In this document: positions 25,828 through 34,539 of the stretch, in pieces | Layout of the letters: each line of letters starts with the position of its first letter | How positions within the stretch are numbered: position 1 is the first letter of the stretch | Source of the DNA: Candidatus Limivicinus sp. | Lineage (GTDB): Bacteria; Bacillota; Clostridia; Oscillospirales; Oscillospiraceae | Assembly (NCBI GenBank): GCA_045130755.1 | Contig: JBGUQD010000049.1 | Coordinates: forward strand, 1 to 53,447 | Direction of reading: 5' to 3' | Length of the DNA stretch: 53,447 nt | Made by a program: the position numbers and the translations under genes | The notes under the pieces: generated by a model | Told to the model about the DNA's origin: nothing | Seen by the model: the letters and a program-made list of their open reading frames with translations, nothing else | Databases searched by the model: none

Positions 25828-26427
25828 ATGAAGCGGACTCTTGCCCTGGTGCTGGCCCTGTGCATGCTGCTGTGCCTGACCGGCTGCAAACGGAAAAACA
25901 AACAGGAGACGGCGCCCGCCGCTCCCGCGGTCCCGACACCGACTCCCAATGAGGTCTTTGAGGTCAAGCTGAGCCTCGATAATCTCTTTACCTATTTCGA
26001 CTACAAGGAATACCGCGCCGATGTGCGCGACGAAAATTCCAGCGAGATCGATTCCTCCACCATTGCCTACGGCCTGCAGCTCAAGCCGCAGTTCACCGCC
26101 GCAAACGACCTGGAACACAAGGACACCATGCTCCTGCGCTTTGAGGCGGACGGCGTGGTGATGAGCGGGGATTTCCAGATCAACTTCACCGATCTCAGCT
26201 ACACCGGCTATGCCGACACCAACGAGCGCGTGCACGTCAGCGAGACGCTGCACTTCTGGCCCAAGGGCGACCGCACCACCACCTGGGCCTTCGGAAACTA
26301 TTCAAGCAGCAACATCATGTTCTTTGACAGCTTCCGCGTCACCCAGGTCACCGGCAGCGTTTTTCTCAAAATGGCGGACCTCAGCGCCACCCCGACGCCG
26401 ACCTTTATTCCCGTCCCGGCGGGATAA
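25828..26427 (+). CDS. Lipoprotein (hypothetical)
   Basis: The start is taken at MKRTLALVLALCMLLCLTGC (lipobox LTGC) inside ORF 25654..26427. Confidence 0.75.
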   Translation: MKRTLALVLALCMLLCLTGCKRKNKQETAPAAPAVPTPTPNEVFEVKLSLDNLFTYFDYKEYRADVRDENSSEIDSSTIAYGLQLKPQFTAANDLEHKDTMLLRFEADGVVMSGDFQINFTDLSYTGYADTNERVHVSETLHFWPKGDRTTTWAFGNYSSSNIMFFDSFRVTQVTGSVFLKMADLSATPTPTFIPVPAG

Positions 26428-26507
26428 AGCTTGACAGACGGGCTGTCTTCGACTATAGTATACACGTTTTTGCGCGTGCAAAAAACAGACTGAAAAGCAT
26501 AAAACTG

Positions 26508-27692
26508 GTGGTGAAAATCTTGCAGAATGACGCAAGAATCAAAGAAAAACTTGCTTACATTTGCAGACAGTTTCGTTTGCCCGGGGATCTGATCCTCTAC
26601 AGGTTCATCCCCAACGGCCATATCAACACAGCTTATTATGTGGCACTCTATGACGGGAAGGAAGTACGGCAGTTCCTCGTGCAGAAGGTCAACTGGTATG
26701 TCTTCCGCGATCCCGTCAGCATGATGCACAACATCGATCTCATCACGCAGCACATCATGCGTAAAGAGCGCACCCTTGAGCGCCGCCGCAGACTCCACTT
26801 CCATCACACCGCTGCGGGAAACAATTACCTCATCCTGCGCGAGAATCCGGACGGCAGCTATTCCTCATCCGACACCCTCAACACCGACGACGAAAACGAG
26901 ACGGCGGAATTCTGGCGGCTGTATAACTTTATCGAAAACTCCGTCTCCTTTGAGACGGCCGAGGGCAAGGCCGAGGTGCTGCGCATGTCGGGCAAGGCCT
27001 TCGGCAAGTTCAACCGTCAGCTCCAGGACTTTGACGCAAGTCAGCTTGTGGAATCCATCCCGCACTTCCATGACACGGTCTTCCGCATGAATACCTTCTT
27101 CGGCGTCGTGGCGGAGGATCCGCTTGACCGGGCAAAGAACGCATCGCGGGAGATCGAGACCATCCGGGAATACCGCGATTTTGCCGGTACCCTCTGCCGT
27201 CAGATCGACGCGGGCGAGCTTCCCATCCGTGTCACCCACAACGACACCAAGACCAACAACATCCTCTTTGACCGCGACACTCTCGACCCGCTGGTCATCA
27301 TCGACCTCGATACCTGCATGCCCGGCCTTGCCTGCTACGACTTCGGCGACACCATCCGCTTTGCCGCCTGCACGGCGGAGGAGGATGAGCCGGACGAAGA
27401 AAAGATGAAGCTCGACCTCAGGCTCTTCCGGGCCTACGCGGAGGGCTATCTCCCCCAGATGGGCGACGTGCTTTCGGAGGCGGAGCTCAAATCTCTCGCC
27501 ACCGGCGCCGCCGTCATCACGCTGGAGCTTGCCTCCCGCTTCCTGGGCGATTATCTCATCGGCGACAAGTATTTCCGCATCGACTACCCCGATCACAACC
27601 TTGTGCGCGCCAGAGCCCAGCTTGCGCTGTTTCGCGACATGATGCTGCACATGGACGACATGCAGGCCATCATCGCCGACTGCTGCAAATAA
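26508..27692 (+). CDS. APH-family phosphotransferase, NahK-like (possible N-acetylhexosamine 1-kinase)
   Basis: 394 aa. VTHNDTKTNNILFD (catalytic loop) and IIDLDTCMPG (DxD). The start is uncertain: GTG 26508 or TTG 26520. A promoter ttgaca-17-tatagt lies at 26431-26459. Confidence 0.8.
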   Translation: MVKILQNDARIKEKLAYICRQFRLPGDLILYRFIPNGHINTAYYVALYDGKEVRQFLVQKVNWYVFRDPVSMMHNIDLITQHIMRKERTLERRRRLHFHHTAAGNNYLILRENPDGSYSSSDTLNTDDENETAEFWRLYNFIENSVSFETAEGKAEVLRMSGKAFGKFNRQLQDFDASQLVESIPHFHDTVFRMNTFFGVVAEDPLDRAKNASREIETIREYRDFAGTLCRQIDAGELPIRVTHNDTKTNNILFDRDTLDPLVIIDLDTCMPGLACYDFGDTIRFAACTAEEDEPDEEKMKLDLRLFRAYAEGYLPQMGDVLSEAELKSLATGAAVITLELASRFLGDYLIGDKYFRIDYPDHNLVRARAQLALFRDMMLHMDDMQAIIADCCK

Positions 27693-27739
27693 AAACAATT
27701 CCCTGACAGAGAGCCGCTGTGCCCACTGCCAGGGAATTT

Positions 27740-28225
27740 TTATAAAACAAATCCGGCCTGCTCCATTTCGAGCAGTCTGCATTTTTTGTCCACGCCGCCC
27801 GCGTAGCCCGTGAGACTGCCGTCCGCGCCCACGACGCGGTGGCAGGGGATGATGAGGGAGATGGGGTTATGTCCCACCGCGCCGCCGATTGCCTGACAGG
27901 AGCGGCAGCCGAGCGCCTTCGCGATCTCCCCGTAGGTCATGGTATGTCCGTAGGGGATCGTGAGCAGTACGTCCCAGACACGGCGCCGGAAACTCGTGCC
28001 GCGCGGGGAAAGCTTCGGCGTGAAATCCGGCGCGATCCCGGCAAAATAGAGATCGAGCCACTTTGCCGTCTCATCAAAGATCGGCAGCGCCTTTTCCGCG
28101 TACTCCGCGTCCAGCGTGTCGGCATAGTATTTCTGCCCGTCGAACCACAGCCCGGTCAGGGCCTCCCCGTCGCTCGCCAGGGTAATGCCGCCGAGCGGGG
28201 AATCAACATGAAATGTATAGTCCAT
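27740..28225 (-). CDS. ogt: Methylated-DNA--protein-cysteine methyltransferase
   Basis: 161 aa with the active-site motif IIPCHRVV. Confidence 0.92.
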   Translation of the reverse strand: MDYTFHVDSPLGGITLASDGEALTGLWFDGQKYYADTLDAEYAEKALPIFDETAKWLDLYFAGIAPDFTPKLSPRGTSFRRRVWDVLLTIPYGHTMTYGEIAKALGCRSCQAIGGAVGHNPISLIIPCHRVVGADGSLTGYAGGVDKKCRLLEMEQAGFVL

Positions 28226-28236
28226 ACAGCCCTCCG

Positions 28237-28569
28237 TTACGGCCTGTTCTCCATGCCCCAGTCGCAGAGCTTGTCCAGCACTTCCATCAGCGAGTGCCCG
28301 CGCTCTGTGAGCCGGTACTCCACCTTGGGCGGGATCTGCGGATAGACTGTGCGGGAGATGAGCCCGTCGGCCTCCAGCTCCCTGAGATTCCGGCTGAGCG
28401 TCTTGTCGGTCACCCGTTTCAAGTAGCGCTGCATTTCATTGAAGCGCACCGGCTCATACTCCATGAGGCAGTAGAGGATGACGGGCTTGTATTTGCCGGA
28501 AATCAGCGAGAGAGTGTAGCTGTAACCGGTAGTGCTGAAATCCGCGTCCTGAATGCTTTTCGCGTCCAT
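28237..28569 (-). CDS. HxlR-family transcriptional regulator
   Basis: 110 aa. GKYKPVILYCLMEYEPVRFNEMQRYL...KVEYRLTERG is typical of HxlR wHTH proteins. Divergent from the flavin reductase gene. Confidence 0.9.
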   Translation of the reverse strand: MDAKSIQDADFSTTGYSYTLSLISGKYKPVILYCLMEYEPVRFNEMQRYLKRVTDKTLSRNLRELEADGLISRTVYPQIPPKVEYRLTERGHSLMEVLDKLCDWGMENRP

Positions 28570-28682
28570 TGCTTTCCTCCGGGATAGTATCTGTCGTTAA
28601 AGTGGGTACTTGTATGTCTGATGGGCTTATGCTATCATACCCACAGACAAAATGCAATACTGTATGGAAAGGAAGCAAACCC

Positions 28683-29267
28683 ATGAAAAAAGATCTCGGC
28701 GTTCAGCCTTATCTCTTCCCCATGCCGACTTACATGATCGGCACCTACAATGAGGACGACTCCGTCGACGTGATGATGATGGCCTGGGGCGGCATCTGCG
28801 ACATGAAGATGGTGGCTCTCAACCTCGAAGAGGACCACAAGACGGTCGCAAACCTCAAAGAGCGCATGGCTTTCACCCTCGCCGTCCCCGGTACCGATAC
28901 CCTGGTGGAGTCGGATTACCTCGGCCTCGTCTCGGCCAACAAGGACCCGCGCAAGTTTGAGCACACCGGCCTGCACGCGTACAAGAGCGCGAATGTGGAC
29001 GCGCCCGTCATCGAGGAATATCCCCTGACACTCGAGTGCAGGGTCGTCGAGATCCAGCAGCAGCCCTATGGTCTGCGCGTGCTGGGCGAGATCGTGAACG
29101 TTCTGGCGGATGAAAAGGTGCTGGACGAAAAGGGCAAGGTCGACGCCGGCGCCCTGCACGCCTTCACCTTCGACCAGATGCGCAGCGGCTACTACGCCGT
29201 GGGCGAGAAGATCGGCATGGCCTGGAACGCCGGCGCCCCGATCGTGAAAAAGAGCAGAGAGGAGTAA
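28683..29267 (+). CDS. Flavin reductase-like (FMN-binding split barrel) protein
   Basis: The start is taken at MKKDLGVQPYLFPMPTYMIGTY (aaggaag SD) inside ORF 28569..29267. Confidence 0.82.
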   Translation: MKKDLGVQPYLFPMPTYMIGTYNEDDSVDVMMMAWGGICDMKMVALNLEEDHKTVANLKERMAFTLAVPGTDTLVESDYLGLVSANKDPRKFEHTGLHAYKSANVDAPVIEEYPLTLECRVVEIQQQPYGLRVLGEIVNVLADEKVLDEKGKVDAGALHAFTFDQMRSGYYAVGEKIGMAWNAGAPIVKKSREE

Positions 29268-29270
29268 ATC

Positions 29271-29306
29271 AAAAAAAGGACGCTGCCAACGGGCAGCGTC
29301 CTTTTT
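29271..29306. terminator. Bidirectional intrinsic terminator (aaaaaaaggacgctgcc aacg ggcagcgtccttttt)
   Basis: Perfect 10-bp stem with a 4-nt loop, flanked by an A-run and a T-run. Confidence 0.85.
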
Positions 29307-29314
29307 GATCGTCT

Positions 29315-29992
29315 TTATTCCGTCTCGTCCGTCACGCGGCTTCTGAGACCCATCACGCTCGAGATGGGCAGCGAGAAGCAGACTCCGCGCGCCTCCGTCT
29401 CGGGGCCGGCTGTGGCGATGACCGCCTTCATGACGGCGGCTTTTTCGCTCTTGTGGGCGACGATATAGACCATGTCCTTCTCGTCCGCAAAGCGCATGTT
29501 GAAAAACTTTTCCCCGCGCATGTTGCTGGTGCCCTTGGCGTGCAGGACGGTGCCGCCGCCTGCTCCGGCGTCCCGCGCGGCGTCCATGACCGTGTCGGCA
29601 AAGCCCGCGTTGATGACCACCACGATCAGCTCATATTCAAAATCCATCGACGGTACGCCTCCTGTCATTTCACTGTCGGTCAGATAAGATAGGGTCTGCC
29701 TCCCGGCCACGGCCTTGACCGGGATTGCGGCGAGGATGCCGTTGCCGGGGATATCCAGATACAAAAACTTCCGCGCCATCTGAAAGATCATGCGCTGCTG
29801 GGCACCGGTGGCGATCGTCATGGCGATGCGCTTTTCGGTGCTGGCAAGCCCAAAGCGGGCGAGGATGTCGCTGCCCGCCGTGCCGGAAGCCGGCTGGCTG
29901 AGCCCGACGACGGCCCCGGCGCTGGTGAAGATGCCCTCAAGGCGGGGCTCCGTTTCGCGGTCCACTACTGCAAGCAGCTGATACAGTTCCAT
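29315..29992 (-). CDS. Tandem P-II-like (GlnB-fold) protein
   Basis: This is the C-terminal 225 aa of run-on ORF 29315..30883, starting MELYQLLAVVDRE. It is two ~110-aa halves, each beginning with a beta-strand motif (YQLLAVV / YELIVVVIN). The upstream stop is 2 nt away. Confidence 0.8.
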   Translation of the reverse strand: MELYQLLAVVDRETEPRLEGIFTSAGAVVGLSQPASGTAGSDILARFGLASTEKRIAMTIATGAQQRMIFQMARKFLYLDIPGNGILAAIPVKAVAGRQTLSYLTDSEMTGGVPSMDFEYELIVVVINAGFADTVMDAARDAGAGGGTVLHAKGTSNMRGEKFFNMRFADEKDMVYIVAHKSEKAAVMKAVIATAGPETEARGVCFSLPISSVMGLRSRVTDETE

Positions 29993-29994
29993 AG

Positions 29995-31515
29995 TCAGGC
30001 AATCTCCCACAACTCGATGATCTCGTCCCCGCCGCCGGCAAAGGTCTCGGGCGCCTTGCCGCGGGACTTGAGCACAAATACCGCCCCCATGCCCTGAACG
30101 GTGATCAGCGGCATCATCGCCACCATGGCGACCAAGCCGAAGGCGTCGCTCATAACATTGCCGCCCAGCGCGTTGGATGCGCCCATCGCAAAGAGCAGCA
30201 TGAACGTCGCCGTCAGCGGACCGGAGGCCACGCCGCCGGAGTCGAAGGCGATGCCGGTAAAGGTGGGCGGGACGAAGAAGCTCAGCGCGAGCGCGACGGC
30301 GTAGCCCGGGATCACAAAGTACAGAATCGGAATGCCTGTCAGCACCCGCAGCATCGCAAGGGCGTTGCCGAACGAGACTGCCAGCGACAGGGCAAGCTCC
30401 ATGGACTTCTCGCTTACCGCCCCGGCGGTCAGCTCCTCCACCTGCTTTGTGAGCACATGCACCGCGGGTTCGGCCCGGATGATGAACCAGCCCATCAGCA
30501 TCGAAAGCGGGACCATGAGAACACGAGCGCGGCTTTCGGCAATCAGCGCGCCGAGGCATTCGCCCAGCGGGGAAAAGCCCACGTTTACCCCTGTGAGAAA
30601 CAGCACGAGGCCCGCGTAGGTATACACGATGCCGATCATGATCTGCAGGAAGAGCTCGCGGTGCAGCCTCAGGCGCACAAGCTGAAACAGCAGAAAGAAA
30701 GCGAAGATCGGCAGCAGGGCTAGAGACACTTCCTTCACGTAGGCCGGGAAGGCGGCGAAGTAGCCCCCGCCCACGGAAAGCGTCGTGAGGTAGGCAGGGA
30801 TGGGCGTTTCGGAGATCTTGCCCCCGGTCACATGGTAGAGAATGCTCAGCAGCATGACCGCGAGCACCGGGCCTACCGAGCACAGCGAAACGAGACCGAA
30901 GCTGTCCTCTTTGGCCTTCTCGTCGCTTCTGATCGCCGACACGCCGACACCCAGCGCCATGATGAACGGCACCGTCATCGGCCCCGTGGTGACGCCGCCC
31001 GCGTCAAAGGAAAGGGGCAGCATGTCCGGATCCAGAAAGAATGCGAGCGCGAACACCAGCGCGTAGAAGACAAGCAGCAGCGTGCGCAGCGACACGGCAA
31101 ACAGCATGCGCAGCATGGCCAGCGCCAGAAACAGTCCGACGCCCACACCCACGGTCAGCAGGAGGGTGGTTTTTGGGATGCTCTGCACGTTCGTGGCCAG
31201 CACCTGCAGGTCGGGCTCCGCCAGCGTGATGGCGGTGCCGAGGACAAAGCTTGTCAGCAGAATCACCCACAGCTTTCGCGATGTGGTGATCGCCGCGCCG
31301 ATGTGCCCGCCGATGCGGGACATGGAAAGCTCCGCTCCCACCGAAAACATGCCCATGCCGAGGATCATATGTACTGCGCCCAGTAAAAAGGCCAGCATCA
31401 GCCCCGACGGGATGGGCACGAACAGAAAGCTCACCGCCGCGACGATGGCTGTGATGGGCAGGATGGAGTTGATGGACTCCTGCAGCTTTTCAATTAATAG
31501 TTTTTTCTGCGTCAT
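29995..31515 (-). CDS. DUF1538 family integral membrane protein (internally duplicated)
   Basis: 506 aa and polytopic. The motif repeats as TLAEPDLQVLA / IRAEPAVHVL. The family name is from memory. Confidence 0.82.
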   Translation of the reverse strand: MTQKKLLIEKLQESINSILPITAIVAAVSFLFVPIPSGLMLAFLLGAVHMILGMGMFSVGAELSMSRIGGHIGAAITTSRKLWVILLTSFVLGTAITLAEPDLQVLATNVQSIPKTTLLLTVGVGVGLFLALAMLRMLFAVSLRTLLLVFYALVFALAFFLDPDMLPLSFDAGGVTTGPMTVPFIMALGVGVSAIRSDEKAKEDSFGLVSLCSVGPVLAVMLLSILYHVTGGKISETPIPAYLTTLSVGGGYFAAFPAYVKEVSLALLPIFAFFLLFQLVRLRLHRELFLQIMIGIVYTYAGLVLFLTGVNVGFSPLGECLGALIAESRARVLMVPLSMLMGWFIIRAEPAVHVLTKQVEELTAGAVSEKSMELALSLAVSFGNALAMLRVLTGIPILYFVIPGYAVALALSFFVPPTFTGIAFDSGGVASGPLTATFMLLFAMGASNALGGNVMSDAFGLVAMVAMMPLITVQGMGAVFVLKSRGKAPETFAGGGDEIIELWEIA

Positions 31516-31727
31516 GGGAAGCTCCCGATCGGATTATGTTGATTGACATATTATAACAAAATCAATTGCCGCGGTAAACCCCATTTTTCAACCCGGTCGT
31601 TTTGAACAGGCTCTTTACGGCGCGGCGTACTGGAAAGTTTTGCCGCGCTGTATAATTTCGCCTCTCCGGGAAAAAATGCCAATAGGATCATCGGGGCGCA
31701 CCTGCCCCGAGAGGGGAGGAGAAGGAT

Positions 31728-32063
31728 ATGAAAATCAAGACCGCGCTGTTGCTCTGCCTGATGTCGGCGGCAGCCCTGTCCGTCTGCGGCGCGTGGCGCA
31801 GCCTGCACCGCATCACAGGCCCCATTCTGCCCGAGGAAGTGGTGGCCCGCTTTGTGGGGCGGGAGGCGGACGCGGAATACTTTCTGCGCGACGCCGGCGG
31901 CTATGTGGCGGTGTTCTCCGACAGACGCTCGCGTGAGCCGCTGAAGGTCACGCCCATCGAGACGAACCGTCTGCGCCGGACCGACCGCCTTCTGCTGCGC
32001 GACGGCATCCCCGCCGGGGACAGCGGGGAATTGCTGCATCTGCTGGAAGATTTAGGGTCATAA
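31728..32063 (+). CDS. Small membrane-anchored protein with a BofC C-terminal-like domain
   Basis: 111 aa with a signal/anchor segment. GGYVAVFSDRRSREPLKVTPIETNRLRRTDRLLLRDGIPAGDSGELLHLLEDLGS resembles the BofC_C pattern (from memory). Confidence 0.65.
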   Translation: MKIKTALLLCLMSAAALSVCGAWRSLHRITGPILPEEVVARFVGREADAEYFLRDAGGYVAVFSDRRSREPLKVTPIETNRLRRTDRLLLRDGIPAGDSGELLHLLEDLGS

Positions 32064-32135
32064 TCTTCAACGAAAGTGTTGATTTATTCGCGCGGATGTT
32101 ATACAATAGAACCAACGAGACAGGAGGCGGTCAAG

Positions 32136-32426
32136 ATGAGCGAAGAATTTGGAAGCGACTTTATTACCATCGTTGATGACGACGGTACGGAATTTGAGTT
32201 GGAGCTGCTCGACACCATGGACTACAAGGGTCAGACCTTCACGGCCTTCCTGCCCGCCAATATGGATGAGGATGATCCCGACTACGGCATCATTATCCTG
32301 CGCTCGGTGATCGACGAAAACGGGGACGAGCTGTTCGAGTCCATCGACGACGATGACGAGCTGCAGGACGTGTATGAGCATTTCTCCGTGCTGCTGTTCG
32401 ACGATGAGGAGGACGAGGAGAAATAA
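32136..32426 (+). CDS. DUF1292 family acidic protein
   Basis: The start is taken at MSEEFGSDFITIVDDDGTEFELELLDTMDYKGQTF (aggagg SD) inside ORF 32076..32426. The tail is acidic. Confidence 0.85.
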   Translation: MSEEFGSDFITIVDDDGTEFELELLDTMDYKGQTFTAFLPANMDEDDPDYGIIILRSVIDENGDELFESIDDDDELQDVYEHFSVLLFDDEEDEEK

Positions 32427-32468
32427 TCTCTCCCGCCGCCGCATAAGATCCATTGAAAAGAGAATAAT

Positions 32469-32700
32469 CCCTGCTGTGTGCGTGTGGTCTTTTGACCTTC
32501 GCGGCCCATTAAACCCACATCTCTTATAAGGGATGCCGATTTGAATCTGCGGATTGCAGGCCTCCCGAACTTCGTTCGGAAGTTGGAAGCAGTGAAACAG
32601 AGCTTAGGCGACCCACCTGCCTTCATGTGCAGGTTATAATTGGGCCGGCACGGCATTGGCGGGGTCTTCCCCCGGGGCAACCCGGGGGAAGTTTATTTTT
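32469..32700 (+). ncRNA. Structured ncRNA candidate ending in an intrinsic terminator, possibly SRP RNA-like
   Basis: No credible ORF in this region. The ends pair (ccctgc 32469-32474 with gcgggg 32659-32664). An internal long hairpin shows GCAGGCC ... GGAAGCAG, reminiscent of SRP domain IV. Terminator cttcccccggg gcaa cccgggggaag + tttattttt at 32666-32700. No terminator separates it from the DUF1292 gene. Confidence 0.4.
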
Positions 32701-32867
32701 GGGAAACACCGGTACATGCGCCGCACACGTTTTGACGGCATCTTTCCGCCTGATTTTGTCTCGAAATCTTGACATACACAAAGTATGCCTGCGATTTCTC
32801 ACCTTCATCAGACGAAAAATCCGCTCGCCGATCCGTGCACTTCGCTTGTACCGGTGCTTCCCTTGTT

Positions 32868-34031
32868 TTATTTAATTCCGGTGATATTTTCCAGGAATGC
32901 CCTGGCCTCCGTCACGCCGCCGCAGGCGCGGAAGCTGTCGGAGATCCGGGAGGCGCTTTCCCTGTACCGCGGCTCAAACAGCACCGTCCTCAGTGCCTGC
33001 ATCACATCATCCTCCGAGATGGATTTGAGCATGACTCCGGCGCCGAGCTCTTCCGCGCGCTTCGCCACCGCACCCTGTTCCGGCGTCTGGGGAAAGAGTA
33101 CCAGCGGCACCCGGAAATAGAGCCCCTCGGATGCGGAGTTCATGCCGCAGTGGGTGACAAAGGCGTCCGCGATCGACAGCACCGCCATCTGATCCACCGA
33201 TTCATACAGATGAATGTTCTCCGGGAGATTTTCAAAATGCTCCGTGTTGGTGCCCATCGATAGGATGACCTGCCAGTCCGTCTGCCCCAGGGCATGGATG
33301 CAGTTGCGATAAAACTCCCGGTTCTGGTTGATTGTGCCCATGGAGATGTAGACTGTCTTCTCTGCCGTCTTCTCAACAGGCGCGCTGATCGGACGGATGG
33401 ACGGACCGATGAAGTGATAGCGGTCGGAGAAGGTCTCGGAGCGGGGCTGGAAATACTTTGAGGTGTAGACGATCGTATCGGTGTCGTTGTCGTTCTGCAC
33501 GATCTCAAGGAGACTTTTGACGGGATAGCCCTTTTCCCGCAGGCGCTTGAGCTGCCTGTTGATGCGCGGCATGGCGAGCAGCATCTTTGCGATGTCCCAC
33601 GGGCTTTCCTTCATGTACGCTGCCGAATAGCGGTTAAAGGCAAAGGTCGTGGTGGAGCAGACATAGGGCAGGCCGTGCTTCATGGCGACAAGCTTGCCCC
33701 AGAAGGCAACCGAGTCCGACACGATGAGGTCGGGCCCGATCTCACTGACCATCCGCGTCGTCATCTCATCCAGCGCGAGCGTGGAAGAGACCAGAAGCTC
33801 GGTGGCGAAGACCTTGTCCTTGCCTACCCGATCGGCGTTGTCCTTGTCCTCCATCTCAAAATCATATCCGTCACAGGGGATGAACACCGCGCCCGCCTGC
33901 TCGATCTTTTCGCGGAACATCTCAAAGGAAAAGTAAAAGACCCGGTGCCCGGCCTCCGTCAGCGCCCTTACGACGCCGAGGGTGGGATTGGTATGCCCGT
34001 GGGCGGGAATGCAGAACCACGCGATCTTCAC
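32868..34031 (-). CDS. GT1 family, macrolide-type (MGT/OleD/YjiC-like) UDP-glycosyltransferase
   Basis: 387 aa. MKIAWFCIPAHGHTNPTLGVVRAL... and the C-terminal donor-binding region FVTHCGMNSASEGLYFRVPLVLFPQTPEQ. Confidence 0.88.
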   Translation of the reverse strand: MKIAWFCIPAHGHTNPTLGVVRALTEAGHRVFYFSFEMFREKIEQAGAVFIPCDGYDFEMEDKDNADRVGKDKVFATELLVSSTLALDEMTTRMVSEIGPDLIVSDSVAFWGKLVAMKHGLPYVCSTTTFAFNRYSAAYMKESPWDIAKMLLAMPRINRQLKRLREKGYPVKSLLEIVQNDNDTDTIVYTSKYFQPRSETFSDRYHFIGPSIRPISAPVEKTAEKTVYISMGTINQNREFYRNCIHALGQTDWQVILSMGTNTEHFENLPENIHLYESVDQMAVLSIADAFVTHCGMNSASEGLYFRVPLVLFPQTPEQGAVAKRAEELGAGVMLKSISEDDVMQALRTVLFEPRYRESASRISDSFRACGGVTEARAFLENITGIK

Positions 34032-34249
34032 AGCGATCCGTCACCGTCCTTTTCCGCAAAGGCTGTGCCGAAGAGCTCCGCAAACGCTCCCTTCGGCGGG
34101 ATGGCAATGCCGCGCTGCTCGTCCCCCAAAAGCAGCAGCGTGTCCCCCGGTTTGATGCCGAAGATCTCCCGCGCCTGCTTGGGGATTACGATCTGTCCCT
34201 TTTCCCCGACCGTCGCCGTCCAGGCGTATCTGCCCTGCGGTGCTTTCAT
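34028..34249 (-). CDS. AbrB/MazE/SpoVT-family looped-hinge DNA-binding protein
   Basis: 73 aa. TATVGEKGQIVIPKQAREIFGIKPGDTLLLLGDE is the SpoVT-AbrB signature. Its stop overlaps the GT start by 4 nt. Confidence 0.85.
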   Translation of the reverse strand: MKAPQGRYAWTATVGEKGQIVIPKQAREIFGIKPGDTLLLLGDEQRGIAIPPKGAFAELFGTAFAEKDGDGSL

Positions 34250-34283
34250 ATGTTACGTCCCCTTTCCGGCATAGCGCCGCAAT

Positions 34284-34331
34284 AGTATGATTAGTTATAC
34301 AAATCATACTGTATGGAAACAAAGTTGTCAA
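34284..34331 (-). promoter_or_regulatory. Promoter (ttgaca -17- tatgat, minus strand) with an overlapping 9-bp inverted repeat operator candidate
   Basis: Minus-strand -35 corresponds to plus 34326-34331 and the -10 to plus 34303-34308. The inverted repeat agtatgatt (34284-34292) / aatcatact (34302-34310) covers the -10 and the predicted TSS. Confidence 0.55.
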
Positions 34332-34420
34332 CAGCTTTTCCACAAAAACTCCGGCACTGCACCTGGGGCTGGTGATTGGAATTGATTGCTGGCTGTTGAG
34401 AGTTGAATATTGATATTGAT

Positions 34421-34444
34421 TATTGGTATTGGTATTGGTATTGG
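34421..34444. repeat. Hexanucleotide microsatellite (tattgg)x4 inside a degenerate ttga/attg-rich tract
   Basis: Read directly. The surrounding tract at about 34381-34444 consists of related 6-mers. Confidence 0.9.
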
Positions 34445-34539
34445 TCACCGCCGTTGACGATCGTCGACGAACGTCGGATATCGTGCATAGAAAAAGCCGC
34501 AAGGAATCTTGCCCTTGCGGCTGTCTGAGAAATACACAC

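Noticed and set aside
29315-30883. 522-aa run-on ORF
   Set aside because: The N-terminal 297 aa are an out-of-frame reading of the DUF1538 gene (Arg/Gly/Pro-rich junk). The real product starts at MELYQ (29992).
32868-34031. Calling the GT1 enzyme a macrolide-resistance gene
   Set aside because: Only family-level similarity (MGT/OleD/YjiC-type motifs) can be seen. Substrate specificity cannot be inferred from sequence alone.
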